Source of the DNA: Azolla caroliniana
Taxonomy: Eukaryota; Plantae; Polypodiophyta
DNA length: 64,000 nt
NCBI GenBank assembly: GCA_043228905.1
Contig: JBHGNT010000010.1
Location: 19,778,001 to 19,842,000 of the forward strand
Direction of reading: 5' to 3'
A model generated the notes under the pieces. It did no database searches. It was not told the origin of the DNA and worked only from the letters and a program-made list of their open reading frames with translations. Below are positions 38,103 to 51,855 of this stretch, piece by piece; the stretch's first letter is position 1; every line of letters begins with the position of its first letter. The position numbers and the translations under genes are program-made.

Positions 38103-38699
38103 CCATCTGGGCTCTCTCTCTCTCCCTCACACACACACACACACCTCTTCTGCTGCATAAAATCACTCCCGATTCTTTACATATTTATTTGGAGAGTTAT
38201 GTTTGGAGCTTTACCATTGGGGGATGCATTAAAAAAAGAAACATTACTAAAGGATTGTGTTTATTTTGTTTGGTAGAATTGGAACATAGTAAGCATTGAT
38301 TTCTTTCATGCTTGATGGCAATGCTGGTTTGGAGGTGTATCAATTTAGTGTGGATGTCTCTAACTAGAGTAAACATATCTTCCTTCGATTGGGTTTTTGC
38401 ACATATGGAAAACAATGAAGTGATGCCTCATTTCCAAATTATTTTTCTTGAGGTATTGGGGGTTATAGGTCAATTGGAATATGCAGAATGCCTTCATTTT
38501 TTATTCACAAGTTGGGGTGAGAAAATATGTTGTAAAGTTAAAACGACTTCTTTTGTGGCAATTGAATTGGTGTGTAGGGTGGCATTGAATTTGGAGTCGT
38601 AGTAGTCTTTAGATCCCTAGATAGATAGAAGAGCTCTATAATTTGTAATAAGTTAGTCATGGTGGTGTATTTTTTCTTTCGTAATGAAAGCCATTGTTT

Positions 38700-38761
<62 letters not shown>

Positions 38762-41398
38762 AAGATGTGACATTCTTGATTATGAATGTATAGAGAGAAA
38801 TAGAACACAAAGTGGTGGTACATATAGTCTATATAGTATAGATGTAGATAAGATACAATCAGAGAGGGATGGGATGGAGTGGTGAGACATTCTTCTATCT
38901 TTGGTTGGCAATAACTCACATATCCAATATTCGAACAATAGAATTATGAGACGATCCGTTCCAATTTTATGAGACATCATTGGATAGAACGATGAAACAA
39001 TCTTTTAATCAAAGTCCATTATAATATAAAGAACCTTAAATACTCTCACATTAAGTCTAGGTCTTTGACAATGCATGAGTATCCAAAGGTCTCTTAAAAG
39101 GAATAGAATCTAATCTTATTATTCTTCCAAGTAGAATGAAAGGGGATAACCAAAAAAAGACGTAAAATAAATTTTTTATTTTTGTTTATTTTTTATATTT
39201 TTTTTCCAAAAAAAAAAAACTCCTTCCATTAGTTATAAAATTTTACAAGATTATGTACAAATCCTTGTAGGGACGCAATGGTTCCATCTTATGTGGATGC
39301 CCACTAACTCAAGAAAGGGAGAGGACGACCATTGTTGGATGAAGGCTATTCATTGTCTTTCAACTCCATCGGAGCCACCCTTAAGGCCATCATATTGGCT
39401 CTTCAGATTGGCTACAATTTCACTCCATATCTCTTGCAGTAACCTTGTTGGATGTGCGGTTTGGTTGGAGAAGACTTGCCTACATCGTTGTTTCCATAGA
39501 ATCCAAAGAGTTATTGGGCTAACCAATTCCAACACCTCTTGAGATTTGTCATTAAGAGGAGTGGAGTGGACATTGCCACTAGAGGAGAAAAGGACCTCAT
39601 GTGCTTTTATCACCAAAGTCATCCCCTCCTCCCGATGCTCGTATCTGCCAACTGCAGCCTGCCATGATAGCCAACATATATTTCCCCACTTGATTGAACC
39701 TTGCACCTGGCATAATTGCAACAAGCGGCCAACGCCCCGCCATATTCGATGGGACGTTGGGCAGTCCCACAGAGCGTGTCGTATTGATTCTACTGCATGT
39801 GGGCACTCTACACAATTAGGAGAGCTAAGGTTCCCACGTTGCCATGCTCCCACCGGTAGGGACTTTGTATTAATAGCCATTGGAACGTGGTAATTTGCCT
39901 CGCGTGTTGTTTCCAAATTTTCTGCCAAAACTTGGTGATTATTGTGAGAGGAACTTGAAATGTGTGCCAAACCTTCGCAACAACCGGCTCTCAAGCGGTT
40001 TGAGCAGCTAGAATGTGGTGACCCAATCTAGTTGTGAATTGGAAGAAAGGGATGGGTTTGCTTCCTTGCCCCGCGTAGGAATCACGCCATGACCATTGCA
40101 AAGGGTCCCAACTAACCTTACGTAGCCATGTGTCTTCATGAGTACATATGTGCCAATTGGGTTGTACTTTGATCAGATCAGGATCTACAATCCATTTATG
40201 ACTAGTATACGCGAGTACTCGAATTGCGTTATTTTTTGTTGGTGTCTCAGTGTCTCGCAATTCAGAGCCTTCGAGCTTGTCTAGTGGTCCCCTATCTCTC
40301 GTGATTAGAGATCCCTCCTCCTTGTGGCCTATCCATTTCTCCATTGTCGTCCTTTGAGTAGCAGATTCCCTAATCAGTAGAGCGTTAATGATTTCTGATC
40401 ACATAGTCCATCCGCCCTTGATTCCATGGAGTATGTTCACCTTATCTTGTAGTGGTATTGAGAATCAAGCTCAACTTGGTCTAGTGTGTGAACTCACCTT
40501 GAGAGTGAATAGACACTCCAACGGTCAAGCGTCACCATTATGTCACCACTTTGTATTCTAGCATTTAGTATGAGTCATAGAATCATATTCTATGACACAT
40601 AACTTATGAGCTTTCACATTCCCCGTTCTCCATGAGTCTTGTAGTTAATGAAGAGAGAGGGTGACTATATAAAGCACCCTCCTCCCACCTTGTATATTGT
40701 CGAGTCTTTCTCCTCTGTTAATACACTTTACCTTGTGTATTCTCTGTGTCTTACTCCTTGTCTCTCTCACTCACTCACTCTCTCTCTCATACACACACAT
40801 AGTTCATATCTATTCCGCTGCACAGAATCCATCTCGTTGTCGGCTTGAGTTGTCGTCTTGTGGAGGCCGATTCACGCATCTTCTTTCAGCACTCTTCTTT
40901 GTGGTGGCCGAGCTTTCCGCAATATCCGCATTCGGTTGCGTTTTGACGGCTCGGGCCGGAGTGGAAGCTCCCCCTTCTTGCGAAGGTTCCTCGTTGGTTT
41001 TCATTTTGCGGCCGAAATTGGGAGTTGTTGTCGTAGGTTGGACCTCGTCCGCCTTGTCCTACGCCAAATTGGCCTCTCGCTCGTCCGTGTCCTCTTCCTC
41101 CGTTCGAGGGCGTGTAGAGCATGTGGCCTTCCGACTCATTGCTCCTTGTATGCACGTGGTTTTCTTCGACCAATAGCATTGATTGGAGCTTCACTACTTC
41201 CTCAGCATCGAGGTAATTCGGACTCTAGCCGGAATCATGATCTCTCAACGGCACTACATCCTCAACTTGTTATACAAGTTCGGTATGGCTGAGTGCAAAT
41301 CCGCGGCAACCCCACTTGATCGCAATCTCAAACTAGATGCGAACTCCGGCACCAAAGCGTGTGAGCCGACTCAGTATCGGCAACTCATCGGGAGTCTC

Positions 41399-44300
41399 TG
41401 TCGAATACATGTGTATAATGGACGTATTCACACCATCCCGTTTTGGCCATTTATGTAATTAGCATAAAGGGTAGTTGCCCTAAGTCGGTCACTATATATA
41501 GTGACCTTGTAACCTCTTTGTGAGGTTGGTTGTTGTATTGTTGCTTTATGAAATAAGAAATTCTTTTGTGTCTCTCTCTCTCTCTCTCTCTGTGCAACGA
41601 CCTACATTCTGTCATACACAGGGAATAAACAGGAATCGAGTGCTTCAAGATCTTCCGCACAGACGACATTGCTTCCAACATCTGGTATCAGAGCCTGCAC
41701 AGTAGTCGGTCCTTCAATCCGCTGTCGGCCGTCGTCTCTGCATTCGGTTTCCTGCGTCATTCGAAGAAGAGAGAAGAAGAAGAAAAACCAGGTTTGCATC
41801 TCATCGCGTTAGATCATCTTTGTTTGGAGTAAGCCAGCAGGTTGTACTCCGTTCCCAGTGATCGTAACCGCTCGAGGTGAAATCCCCTTGTGCATCATTG
41901 ACACGATCGTGCTCCATTCGGTTAAACGGCATCCGAAAAGGTCGTTAAACGCTGCTCGCTGCTCGTTGTAACCACTCGGTACAGATCGGTCTTAAGCAAA
42001 CAACCCCAAATTCGTGCTTCATCTGGCTGATCGACATTCGAGAGGATCAGTTGGATCCATCTCTCTCGTCGCTGCAGTCAACCGAAGCAAAATCGGTCCA
42101 GATAATCGGTTTTAATAATCGGTATTCGGCATATATATCCGAAGCGAACCGGGCTCACTCCGACTCGGCAACATTCGGGAAGACCAGTCGGCTCTGTCCC
42201 TCAAGCTACCGGAGTCAATTCGAGCAAGTTCCGAAGCCGAACCGACTCGGGTTCAAATTCGACTAGAACGATATCGGGTGAGCCTACCGGCTGCACTCCA
42301 ACAAGGTTCGTAGTCAACTCCGAACCGAGCTTCGTCAACCGAAACCGAATTTGATGGCATCAACATCCGGCTCGTCAGAAATGAGTCTACGCAAGTTCGA
42401 TGGATCGAACTTCAACTTCTGGAAGGAACAAATGCAGGACTATCTCATAGTCAAGGGGCAAATCGATCCCATCGAAAATGAAGAACCTCCAGAAGGATAC
42501 AAACCAATTGAGTGGCAGAAGCTGGACAGAATCGTCCGCGCCACGATTCGGATGCACCTATCGGAATCGGTATACTTCACGGTGCAATCGTGTACGACAG
42601 CATTCGAACTGTGGAAAACACTGTCGGACACTTACGAAAAGAAGGTCGCCGCAACGAAGATGTTTCTGATCCGGCGCCTCTACAACTTGCGGATGAAAGA
42701 ATCCGACTCGGTCCAAGCACACCTCAATGAGTACGAAAGCATAAGCTCCCAAATCTCGTCACAGGGGACGGCAATCGAGGATGAACTCAGAGCAATGATA
42801 CTCATGAGCAGCCTTCCCCCATCATGGGAAACTTTCGTCACAACCGTGTGCAACGCGTCAACCACGGCTGTTAAATACTCCGAAGTCACGAGCGCAATCC
42901 TGACCGAAGCAGCTCGGAGAAAGTCTTTCGCCAAAGACTCAACAGACGACGCCTACGTAGTACAAGGTTCGACAGACCGATCGAACATACGAGGAAGAGA
43001 TTCCTCACGACCGCCGAACAATCAGCGAAGACGGAGCCAGTCACGGGATAACCGAATCTGCAACTATTGCAAGAAACCCGGACACATCAAAGCCGACTGT
43101 CGCGCACTCAAGAACAAGAACAACAAGAAGAGTGGCCGGCATGAGGAGATCAATTACGTCAGCTTCTCAGCTGATGTACTACCGGACGACCCGAATATAC
43201 TATCAATAGAAAATCCAGTCGGATCAGAAGTTCTACTCACGACTGAAGAATCGAGCACATGGCTCTTGGATTCGGGCGCGTCATTTCACGTGACTCCTCA
43301 TCGATCCCAATTTCGGCAATATACGATCCGTCACTCCGACTCAGTTCGAGTCGGCAACTCACAACACTGTGACATCGTCGGAATCGGCACAGTAGAGCTC
43401 AACCTTGCAGGGGGCTCTACACTTGTACTCCACAATGTCCGACATGTACCCGAGCTCACAAGGCCATTGATCTCAGTCGGACAACTAGATGAAGACGGCA
43501 TTCGTGCCGGTTTTTCTTCGGGAGGGTGGACACTCCACAGGGGGAACCTCCTGCTTGCTAGAGGACCCAAGATACACTCACTGTATCCGTTACATGTTAC
43601 GCTCAGAGAGGGTAACCTGTTTTTGGTGGATATTCCTGTGTCATCATTATGGCACCGAAGATTAGGACACCTCAGCAAGGCCGGCATCACGCACCTATCT
43701 AGCGCCGGATACATCCCCAAACTCTCCTTCTCGGACCATCAATTTTGCGAGCATTGCCAGTATGGCAAACAAGTAGCCGCATCACACCCGACATCAGCAC
43801 CAAAAGAGACGAGACCTCTCGATTTAGTCCATTCGGACGTCTGTGGCCCAATGCCGAATCATCTCTAGGCGGTGCCTCTTACTTCGTCAGTTTTATTGAC
43901 GATTCGACTCGAAAGGTGTGGGCTTATCCAATTCGCACCAAAGATCGTGTCTTCTCGATCTTCACCGATTGGCTCGCTATGGTAGAAAATCAAACCGACC
44001 GAAAGCTGAAATGCCTTCGGACCGATAATGGGGGAGAGTTCAAATCCGACGAATTCGTCAAATTCTGCCGACAACGCGGCATCCGACGTGAATTTACGGC
44101 ACCACACAGTCCGGAGCAAAACGGGATTGCAGAACGAATGAATCGGACAATCCAAGAACGAATAGTTTCCATGCTCCAACACTCCCGACTGTCGGATGGC
44201 TTCTGGGCAGAGGCTCTACTCACGGCAGCACACATAATCAATATGTCGCCAAGTAGACCTCTAGGACTTCAAATTCCTCAGGAATTATGGATCGGCAGCA

Positions 44301-46832
44301 AGCCGAATTACGACAAGCTGAGGATCTTCGGATGCGAGGCGTACGCCCTTATTCCGAAAGATGATCGCCGAAAACTTGCACCTCGGTCCAGGAAATGCAT
44401 TTTCCTTGGATATGGATCCGACGGCGAAATGGGATACCGACTCTGGGACCCCGAACGCAGGCAAATCGTTCGAAGTTCGGACGTTGTGTTCAACGAGTCG
44501 GCTATGAACCCATCCGTCGAAAAACCAATCGAAGTCCGAAGGGTAACATTTTCCGATGTGCCGACCCTTCAAGAAGGCCCCGCTCTCAACACACGGTCAG
44601 CTTCACGGGTAGCTGAACCTTACTCTACCGACTCGGACAACTCCGACTCGGCACAGCAGAACAACTCGCTTTCGGACCATCCGACCACGATACCCGATGC
44701 GACCAGTCCAATCATACCTCGACGATCCGAGAGACTGTCGCAACCTCCGGAGAGGTATTCTCCTGGAATTTTCTTCACCGACGCCGGCGAACCGACGTCT
44801 TACGAAGAAGCATCGACATCTGTCGATTCGGCCACCTGGCATCTGGCGATGGAGTCGGAAATGCACTCCATCCGGGCAAACAAGACTTGGGATCTGGTCG
44901 AATTACCTAGGAACCGACGTGCTCTTCCTTGCAAGTGGGTTTATCGACTAAAAGAGACGTCTGATTCGACCACCCCAAAGTACAAGGCCAGATTAGTTGC
45001 GAAGGGCTTCCGACAAGAATATGGCGTCGACTTCGACGAGATTTTTTCACCAGTGGTGAAAATGACAACCCTTCGTCTTCTGCTCGGCGTCGTGGCAGCC
45101 GACAACTTGGAGCTGATTCAGCTAGATGTCAAAACAGCCTTCCTCCATGGTGATCTCGAGGAGGAAATTTATATGGAGCAGCCAAAAGGCTTCGTGGCAC
45201 CTGGCCAAGAACATCTAGTCTGCCGACTCAGGAAGAGTCTATACGGCCTCAAACAGGCACCGCGACAATGGTACAAGAAGTTCGACGACTTCATCCAATC
45301 AATCGGCTTCTCCAAAAGCGATGAGGACCATTGTCTCTTCACCAACACAGCTCGAGATGGATCAACCATCTTCCTCATCATTTACGTGGACGACATGCTA
45401 ATTTCTGGACGCCACGCGGGCGAACTTGCCGATCTCGTTCGGCAACTGCGGTTGAAGTTTGCCATGAAGGACCTCGGTCCGGCCCGGCACATCCTTGGCA
45501 TGAAGATTAGTCGGCATCGCGATAAACGACATCTTTTTTTGTCTCAGACCGACTATATCGGACGTGTCTTGGAACGCTTCAACATGCAATCAGCCAAATC
45601 TGCTTCAACCCCACTCCCTATGAATCTTCGGCTCTCTCAGCGAGACTGCCCGACATCCGGTTCGGAGGGGGAAGATATGAAGTCGGTACCGTATGCACCG
45701 GCAGTCGGCTCCCTTATGTACCTGATGGTCGCGACACGGCCTGACATCTCTCATGCCGTAGGAGTCGTTAGCAGATTTATGCACAATCCTGGCCGATCGC
45801 ATTGGAACGCAGTCAAGCATGTGTTCAGATATCTGGCTGGCACAAAAGACCATGGCATTCTTTTCGGACCGAACCGAACCTCAGGCGTAGTCGGTTACAC
45901 CGACTCGGACTTCGCCGGCTGTATAGACAGTCGGAAATCAACAACCGGATACTGCTTCAAATTCGGCAATGGAGCAATCTCGTGGAAGTCGAAACTTCAG
46001 GAGTGCACAGCGACCTCAACGACCGAAGCAGAATATGTAGCTGCGTCCGACGCAGCAAAAGAAGCTTTGTGGCTCGGTCGGCTGGCGCACACGTTTCGAC
46101 AAGTCGAACATGACTCGGCTCCAGTTGTCTACAGCGACAGTCAAGGTGCTGTTGCCTTGTCGAAAAATCCGGTTCACCACAACGCCTCCAAACATATCGA
46201 CGTTCGATATCACTTCGTTCGGGACTGCGTCATTTCAGGGAAAATCGGTCTAGAGAAAATATCCACAACCGATAATGTCGCAGATGGAATGACCAAATGT
46301 CTCTCGGCAGACCGTTTTCGGTCTCTTCGGCATCAGATGGGCGTAACGACAAACCAGTCCGGTTAGAGCCGGACACAGAGCAGGATGGTTCCCGACAACC
46401 TACATCAGCTCCTTAATGATCGGCTTCAACTGTTCCGACCCGACCAGTTCGGTCTTCTGTCTTCGAATCCTGCCGACTCGAACAAAGCTGATATGTCCGA
46501 GAACCTAAGTCTATACCTGTAATCTTAGATAACCCATGTATACGCCCATTACGGGGGAGTGTCGAATACATGTGTATAATGGACGTATTCACACCATCCC
46601 GTTTTGGCCATTTATGTAATTAGCATAAAGGGTAAGTCGGTCACTATATATAGTGACCTTGTAACCTCTTTGTGAGGTTGGTTGTTGTATTGTTGCTTTA
46701 TGAAATAAGAAATTCTTTTGTCTCTCTCTCTCTCTCTCTCTCTGTGCAACGACCTACATTCTGTCATACACAGGGAATAAACAGGAATCGAGTGCTTCAA
46801 GATCTTCCGCACAGACGACATTGCTTCCAACA
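41399..46832 (+). mobile_element. Very young, near-intact Ty1/copia element D (Tnt1-like gag)
   Basis: LTRs 41399-41680 and 46560-46832 differ only by a 9-bp indel and microsatellite variation. TSD GTCTC at 41394-41398 and 46833-46837. PBS tggtatcagagcc at 41683-41695. Confidence 0.97.
42351..46366 (+). CDS. Copia gag-pol polyprotein of element D with a single frameshift near 43860
   Basis: ORF 42351-43868 (gag, CNYCKKPGHIKADC, LDSGAS, GAG-pre-integrase) and ORF 43745-46366 (integrase DDE, RT YVDD, RNase H) join if one base is restored at GPMPN^SLGGASY. Confidence 0.9.
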
Positions 46833-49800
46833 GTCTCATCTATCTCACGATCACTCGACCCGATCTCAGTTATCCAATCGGTTTCCTTAGTCAATTCATG
46901 CAAACACCGTGTGATACTCACTTGGATTGTGCTAAGCGAGTTCTACGATACATGAGCGGCACAATGGATTGTGGAATCCTCTACAAGACAGCAATGCCAA
47001 TACAACTCGAGGGGTACACATATGCCAATTGGGCCGGCTACAAGGCCGATAGAAGATCAACCTTCGGATTTGTCTTTTCCTTCGGCAACGGAGCAATATC
47101 CTGGAGCAACAAAAAGCAACCAATCGTCGCTCTTTCGAGCACAGAGGCAGAATACAGGGGCGCGGTTGTGGCCGCATGTGAAGCCGTATGGCTCAAAAGG
47201 ATACTCAAGGATCTGGGCGTACCCATCAAGGATCCGACTTCCCTTTATTGCGACAACATGAGAAATATCTATTTGGCTCGGAACCCGGTGTTCCACGCAA
47301 GGACAAAGCACATCGAAGTACACTATCACATTAGCACAAATCTTCAAACGGCCAACATCTTCACTAAAGCCTTAGGAGCCGACAAGCTATGACAATTCAT
47401 GACCGATCTCGGATTGACGATCCCTGACCTGCCAAGCTTGAGGGGGAGTACTGAAGACACTACGCAATAACGCGTGGATTTCACAATCGTGCAACAAAGC
47501 CGCGAAGAGCCGATCTACTGCGCAAAGCCGCGAAGAAAGACGCAAGCCGAAGCACAAACTTCACAACTAAGCACAATGCAAGCTAGAGCACAGATTCCTC
47601 AACTCTGCATTAATGTGAGTCGACGCGGACTCCGGAATGCGAGTCAAAGAGGATTTCGGATACCGTCTGAAATTGACCCGACTTGAGCTTGAGGGGGCGT
47701 GTTGAGAATCAAGATCAACTTGGTCTAGTGTGTGAACTCACCTTGAGAGTGAATAGACACTCCAACGGTCAAGAGTCACCATTATGTCACCACTTTGTAT
47801 TCTAGCATTTAGTATGAGTCATAGAATCATATTCTATGACACATAACTTATGAGCTTTCACATTCCCCATGCTCCATGAGTTTTGTAGTTAATGAAGAGA
47901 GAGGGTGACTATATAAAGCACCCTCCTCCCACCTTGTATATTGTCGAGTCTTTCTCATTTGTTAATACACTTTACCTTGCGTATTCTCTGTGTCTTACTC
48001 CTTGTCTCTCTCTCTCTCTCTCTCTCTCATACACACACACACAGTTCATATCTATTCTGCTACACAGAATCCATCTCGTGATTCTTTACAAGTGGCAATG
48101 ACATAAACCTTCGCCAACCTTCTATACTTTTTTCTGGACCTTCTGCAATGTATCCCCATGACAACCCCTTAGTAATACATGATCCCAGTAGTTGATTAGA
48201 TTCATCCTTGATACATGGGTTCCATAGGATACGTTGACTGAACCAGGCAGGTTCGGATCTTGGTTGATCACACTTGAGCCCTCGACGAATGTCACACCAT
48301 GCCTTCCACATGGATGCACTGAATCTATCCTCCAATTGGCGGGAGAAACTAGGTTTGAGATCCTTGTTTAGAACCCATCCCGTTTGGGGGGGCCAATTGA
48401 CCCCTTTTCGTGGCCTAAAAGTAAGCGAAACGTAACCTCAGTAGCATTTTCCAACAGTCATTTCCTGGTTGGAGTCCTCGCACCACAAATTTGGCAAGTA
48501 AGGCTTTTGATTGTGAAAGGGGATCAATAAGACCCAATCCCCCTCTCAACTTAGGCGTTGTGAGTATAGGCCACGCCACCTTGGTGTGAGCTACATGGTC
48601 TTCCTTACCAGACCAAATGTAGTTGTGGACCAATCGTTGAATCTGATGTATACTTTCCTTGGAGATTGTCCATCATGATAGACTATATCATGCTGTTGCG
48701 AGTAGTACCTGATTTGCCACTATGATGCGACCCACTAGCGACAGTTTTGTCGAGCTCCAATGTATCAACTTTTGTCGAATGGAATGGATAACGGGTGCAA
48801 TTATAGTCTCCGACGGTATGTTGAAACCAATTTGGAAACCTAAATATTTGGTGCTCGCTCCTTGATTGATCCATTTGAAGGAGGGATGTGGGTGCCACAC
48901 CGGATGTGTTTCCTGAGAGAGCCATATTGCACAGGATTTGTGCCAATTGATCATGGCATTGGATCTCTTGCAAAATACAGTTAGCCCACTTTCTAGCTTT
49001 TGGAGGTTTTCCAAGTCCCCTTGCAGGTAGACCGTTGTGTCATCTACAAATTCTATATCCAGGATGCTTTGGTGAGAATGAGGTACGAGAAGACCACGTA
49101 GGTTGAGATGTCGTGAGTTGAGAAAGCAAGAGAGTGCTTCGACTTATAATAAAAATAAGGATGGAGCTAGTGGGCATCCTTGTCGTACAGATCAGGATAT
49201 TCGGAAAAAGGGACCCCTTTCACCTGCCAATGAAACGCAACTGCTGTCATTCCTATAAAGTCCTACAATGCCTTTGATCCATGTCTCTTGAAACCTGAGT
49301 TTCCCCATCACACTTTCTAGAAAGTTCCAGCATATCCTGTCATATGCTTTCTCAAAATCTAGTAGCACCACCGCTACCTTGTTGTTGGTACGCTTCGCAA
49401 GGGCTACTACTTGCCAGAATGAGAAGAGGTTGTCTAGGATGCTCCAATTTCTAACGAACCCTGTCTAGGACGGATGAATGAGTTGAGGGAGAAGTGGTGT
49501 TAAACGACATGCCACGATTTTTGCGAGCAACTTATAGACAGTATTGAGAAGAGTTATAGGCCGCCACTTGCTAATGTCATTGGCATTCCCACCACTTTTA
49601 GGAATGAGATGTATCATCCCCTATCCAAATTCCTCCGACATGCTTCCAGAGGCGATGATCTCCTCATATGCCTGGAGGAGGTCTTCTTTAATAGTGTCCC
49701 AAAGGCATGTGAGAAAGTGTGGGGTGAGGCCGTCAATTCTGAGGCAACTATCGGCATCTAAATCAGTGAGGGCCTCCCATATCTCGATGATTGATAGGGG

Positions 49801-50384
49801 ACGCACGAGCCATGTATTCATTTCCGGGGTGACTTTCTCGGGTATGCTTTGGAGGATAATATCTGCTCTTATGTCTTCCCCTGTAGCTATAATGTCTTCG
49901 GTAAGTAGGCGGTCATAGTAACTTATGGCAATATTCCTCATTTCGTCGCCATCCTCAGTGCTCATTCCATCCTCTCAGTTGAGGCTGTGTATTGCAGTTC
50001 TAGCGTGCCCCGGGCCTTTGGAGCAGAAGAATTCCTTCGTGGTTTTGTCCCCTACTCGAATCCATGCGCCATGCTTCCATGAAACTCCATGTCATATATT
50101 TCCTTTTCCGCCATGTTAAGTTCATGTTTGGCCGTGGTGACTTGTCCTGCAATCCAAATACATGATGCGTATCTCTGTTGAAGTCGTTGTAAGGCTATTA
50201 GTCCCCGTTTTGTCCTCTGTCACTTCTCTTGAGCATCCTTGCTTTTGGTCTTGACAATCTCATGTAGGAGAGTTGAAGCTCTTGTTAATTTAGCTAGAAG
50301 TTTGTCAGATGTTGATGAGTCATTGACGGGTAATGACAGGATACTCAAAAAAAGACGTAAAATAATTTAGACTTAACACCTCAG

Positions 50385-51855
50385 AATTTAGAATTAATAT
50401 CAAACAATTTCGAGTTAATATCTAATTATTTAGACTTAACACGTAATGATTTATACTTGGACACCTAATGATTTAGATTTGATGTCTAAGATTTTATAAT
50501 TAGATGATAACTTTAGATTATACTGAAACAAAAAATACAATATAACATTACAAAAGACAAAGAGTCTCAAATATCTATCTCCATGGAGATGGAAATCCAA
50601 GTTGTAGATGTAGATGTAGATAAGGATATAGATAAAGTCAAATCATAGAGATGTTGGCATGACACCTAATGATTTAGATTTGGCATCTAAGAATTTAGAA
50701 TTAGATGATAACTTTAGAGGTAGATTGAAAAGGAAATACAATATAACATTTGAAAAGACAAAGAGTCTCAGTTATCTATCTCCGTGGAAGTGGAAATAGA
50801 AATTGTAAATGTAGACATGGATATAGACATAGATTGACATATTCACATTCATGGGGGTTACCAAATGAATGCATACGAATACGCATAAGAATGCATGAAA
50901 AATATTCATTGAAAAAAAAGTGTTCGTACTTTTTAGTTTCTTCAAAGTTCATAGGGGTTTAACAAAGAAAACTTTGACAATAAAAAGGGGTTTAACTTCA
51001 CATTAAAAATGAGACTTACACTAATAATATTTTTACATAATAGATGTAAAACTTAAAAGTATTTGTTTTATTTTTAATAAATAATAAATAAAAGGTTCAT
51101 TAATTCCCCATTTTTACTCTCCCACAAAATTTGAAATTTTTATGTCATTAAAAAGGGGACCTCACATTAATAATATTTTTATAATATGTAGATATAAAAC
51201 TTAAATGTATTTGTTTTATTTTTTAATAAAACAAAAAATCAATAAAAGGTTCACACAAATTTTCATATTTTTATCTAACATTAAAAAGGGAACCTCACAC
51301 TAATGATATTTTTATAATAGATGTAAAACTTAAAAGTATTTGTTTTATTTTTAATAAATAAATAAATAATAAATAAAAGGTTCATTAATTCCCCACTTTT
51401 TACTCTCCCATCAAATTTGATATTTTCATCTAACATTAAAAAAGGGAATCACACTAATAATATTTTTACATAATAGATGTAAAAATATTTGTTTTTTTTA
51501 AATAATAAATATATGTAATATTCTTGGGGTCATTTTGTATTCTCGAATATTATGTATGTCGAATACCACGAATATCATGCATGGGTCAATCTATGGATAT
51601 GGATATAGATAGACAAGTCAAATCTAAGCGATGTAGACTTGATACATAATGATTTCGATTTGACATCTAAGAATTTTGAATAAGCTGATTACTTTAGAGG
51701 TATATTGAAAAGTAAATACGATATAACATTAAAAAAGATAGAGAGTCTCAATAATTTGTTTCCGTGAAAGAATCCAATTTGTAGATGTCGATATAGATAT
51801 AAATATAGATAGATAAGTCAAATTAGATAGATGTAGACTTGACATCTAATGATTT
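50385..51855. repeat. Degenerate ~230-bp tandem units upstream of copy 3, interrupted by a MITE
   Basis: Same unit as 3240-3870, near 50465, 50667, 51647 and 51845. Confidence 0.7.
50828..51595. mobile_element. hAT-like MITE with internal AT-rich tandem repeats
   Basis: 11-bp TIRs catagattgac / gtcaatctatg. Flanks gatataga and gatatgga match at 7/8 positions (TSD). The internal repeat cattaaaaa...acactaataatattttt.ataatagatgtaaaac occurs four times. Confidence 0.75.

Larger units (their letters stand above)
40456..48090 (+). mobile_element. Internally rearranged Ty1/copia element C (same family as A), host of element D
   Basis: 5-bp TSD AGTGG at 40451-40455 and 48091-48095. LTRs 40456-40837 (missing the last 11 nt) and 47700-48090. 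Inverted gag fragment at 40838-41190. RT and RNase H at 41185-41398 and 46833-47450. PPT at 47688-47699. Confidence 0.92.
39171..50345 (-). mobile_element. 5'-truncated L1 LINE with a 20-bp TSD, interrupted by copia element C
   Basis: TSD caaaaaaagacgtaaaataa at 39151-39170 and 50346-50365. The A-rich tail appears as T-rich sequence at 39171-39206. zf-RVT-like C-terminus (CVECPHAVESIRHALWDC, LWILWKQRC) at 39350-39994. RT fragments at 48100-50340 (LDFEKAYDR, QGCPLAP, KYLGFQIG, PKLRGGLG). Confidence 0.93.

Noticed and set aside
43745-43868. Programmed ribosomal frameshift in copia D
   Set aside because: Plant copia elements normally have one gag-pol frame, the break lies inside integrase, and no slippery heptamer is evident. 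A 1-bp deletion or sequencing error is simpler.
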